Positions 62,465 to 64,000 of a DNA stretch of 64,000 nucleotides are shown piece by piece. The position numbers and the translations under genes were made by a program. The stretch is from Takakia lepidozioides (Eukaryota > Plantae > Bryophyta): positions 15,128,001-15,192,000 of the forward strand of contig CM060731.1 in the NCBI GenBank assembly GCA_030704615.1, given 5' to 3'. Numbering within the stretch: position 1 is the stretch's first letter; each line of letters starts with the position of its first letter. Under the pieces are notes generated by a model. It saw only the letters and a program-made list of their open reading frames with translations. It had not been told where the DNA came from and made no database searches.

Positions 62465-62908
62465 GGTCTCCAAGACCATATGAAGAGAAATAGTGGGGTT
62501 GGCAACAGTGTGTTTACGCCAATTCCGGTAGGTCTCCAAGACTATGACAAGAGAAATAGTGGGGTTGGCAACAACTGTTTACGCCAATTCCGGTAGGTCT
62601 CCAATACTATGAGAAGAGAAATAGTGGGGTTGGCAACAATGTGTTTACGCCAATCCCGGTAGGTCTCCAAGACTGTGACAAGAGAAATAGTGGGGTTGGC
62701 GCCAATTCCGGTAGGTCTCCAAGACTGTGACAAGAGAAATAGTGGGGTTGGCAACAGTGTGTTTACGCCAATTCCGGTAGGTCTCCAATATTATGACAAG
62801 AGAAATAGTGAGGTTGGCAACAATGTGTTTACGCCAATTCCGGTAGGTCTCCAAGACTATGAGAAGAGAACTAGGTAGTGGGGTTGGCAACAATGTGTTT
62901 ACGCCAAT
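62465..62908. repeat. ~66-bp minisatellite, about 7 copies
   Basis: Unit agagaaatagtggggttggcaacagtgtgtttacgccaattccggtaggtctccaagactatgaca; one copy is internally deleted. Confidence 0.9.
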
Positions 62909-63495
62909 ATGGGGTCTGCGAAGGTGGAAGTACCAAATTGGCAGCCTCTGAAGGATGGGCTTGGATTAACTTAGTGAAGAATGTTGTATGCATGGAGTGA
63001 GGTATCTGAAACGATCACAAAGAGTAGTACATAAGAGTGATTAGTATCTAGTAAGTAGTTAGTAGACCACTGCTGTACATCTGAAAGCATCAACATCATT
63101 GGATGAAAAACATGTGGGGATGCACAGAAGACAGCTGTAGGGAGGTCTCACGCGTGTGAGGAGAGCAGGCTTTTTCCCACTTGGCACTGTCCTGCTTGTC
63201 ATGTATTCAAACTATCACGGCCTCTCTTACTTAACTCGTCTGCGCTGCTCCATCGCGCACCTCGCACTTGCCCGCGCTCTCTCACTCTTTCTTGCTGCAC
63301 TCTCTCTACTTCTTTCTGCTCTGCTTTCTTGTTTCCTTTCTTTGTCGGCCCCTCCACCGGCTTCCAGCTTACCATCTCTCTCTGTCTTTCCCTGTCAAAT
63401 TTTGAGTGCGGGAGGTCCTGCCTATCTGCAGTTTTGGGAGACAATCAATCTCGCTTCTGCTAGCAGTCATGGGCCTCGAAGGCTGCGAGCGGGGT

Positions 63496-64000
63496 ATGGC
63501 TTGGGGAGGGAAGTGGTTCGTAATGCTCACTTGTATGGTCGCAGCATGTCTTGTCATGGAGGTTGGTGGAGGGCCACTGCCTGTTAGCAGTACGGTTCCC
63601 TTCACAGAGAACTACTTCACCACAGCGGACGCCACTCATGCTAAAATCTTAAACAATGGGCAGCAAGTACAGCTTGTTCTTGATATTTATTCAGGTAATC
63701 TCCTGCGATGTGTTTTTCCATGTGGTTGGTAAGTGCAAGATTTTGCAATAGACCGTGATGGATCATCTCGAGATGAGTGGGAGTTTCCATGGAAAGATCA
63801 TTTTGTGACAGAGCGAAAAGGTTTGTATGGTATGTACTGATGTTGCTATTCAAATCATCAGCACATTCGTGACTAACAACTTTTGGTAACATATGCGACG
63901 GTGGTTTGTTTGTCGCAGCTTCATCGTTTTCATCAAAGAACTTTTATCTGTTTGGGAATATCGGCATGGGGATCAAGCTGGTTCCTGGCAACTCGTCGGG
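63496..64000 (+). CDS. XTH: Second XTH gene, exon 1 (63496-63694; alternative ATG 63469) and start of exon 2 (63919-), runs off the window
   Basis: Signal peptide, HAKILNNGQQVQLVLD and FSSKNFYLFGNIGMGIKLVPGNSSG; same intron position as the 9138 gene. Confidence 0.9.

Noticed and set aside
62465-62908. Regular repeats resembling a CRISPR array
   Set aside because: The units are contiguous ~66-bp tandem copies with no unique spacers, in a eukaryotic context; this is a minisatellite.

Overview
Nuclear DNA of a land plant, probably seed-free: it has XTH, MGDG synthase, PLS-type PPR fragments and a remnant of the flagellar gene CLUAP1/IFT38. The left ~24 kb is gene-containing: a multi-exon MGDG synthase (-, runs off the window), an intronless USE1 SNARE (+), a complete 4-exon XTH (+), LINE fragments and a decayed CLUAP1. 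The right ~40 kb is a nest of transposons: two tandem non-autonomous Helitrons, an L1-type LINE, a CACTA element with PPR fragments, and two independent insertions (30953-40540 and 46045-60928, both -) of an unusual Ty3/gypsy-type retrotransposon; a second XTH starts at the window end. This element encodes gag, protease, a DNMT3-like C5 cytosine methyltransferase, an RT/RNase H region deleted to stubs, a DDE integrase and a PHD finger. Its ends are not ordinary LTRs. The replication-defined LTR (bounded by PPT and PBS; 516 bp, 46234-46749) contains an internal palindrome, GACA-GC-TGTC. Both insertions start and end exactly at that palindrome, lack the central GC and have 4-bp TSDs. Copy 2 reads B-internal-A-B-A and includes an apparent LTR-LTR circle junction; copy 1 reads B-internal-A. 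I infer a DDE-integrase retrotransposon that integrates a circular intermediate through an internal att site, giving the split-direct-repeat layout otherwise typical of tyrosine-recombinase PAT/Ngaro elements. The element also has a candidate self-priming PBS. Both copies are decayed.
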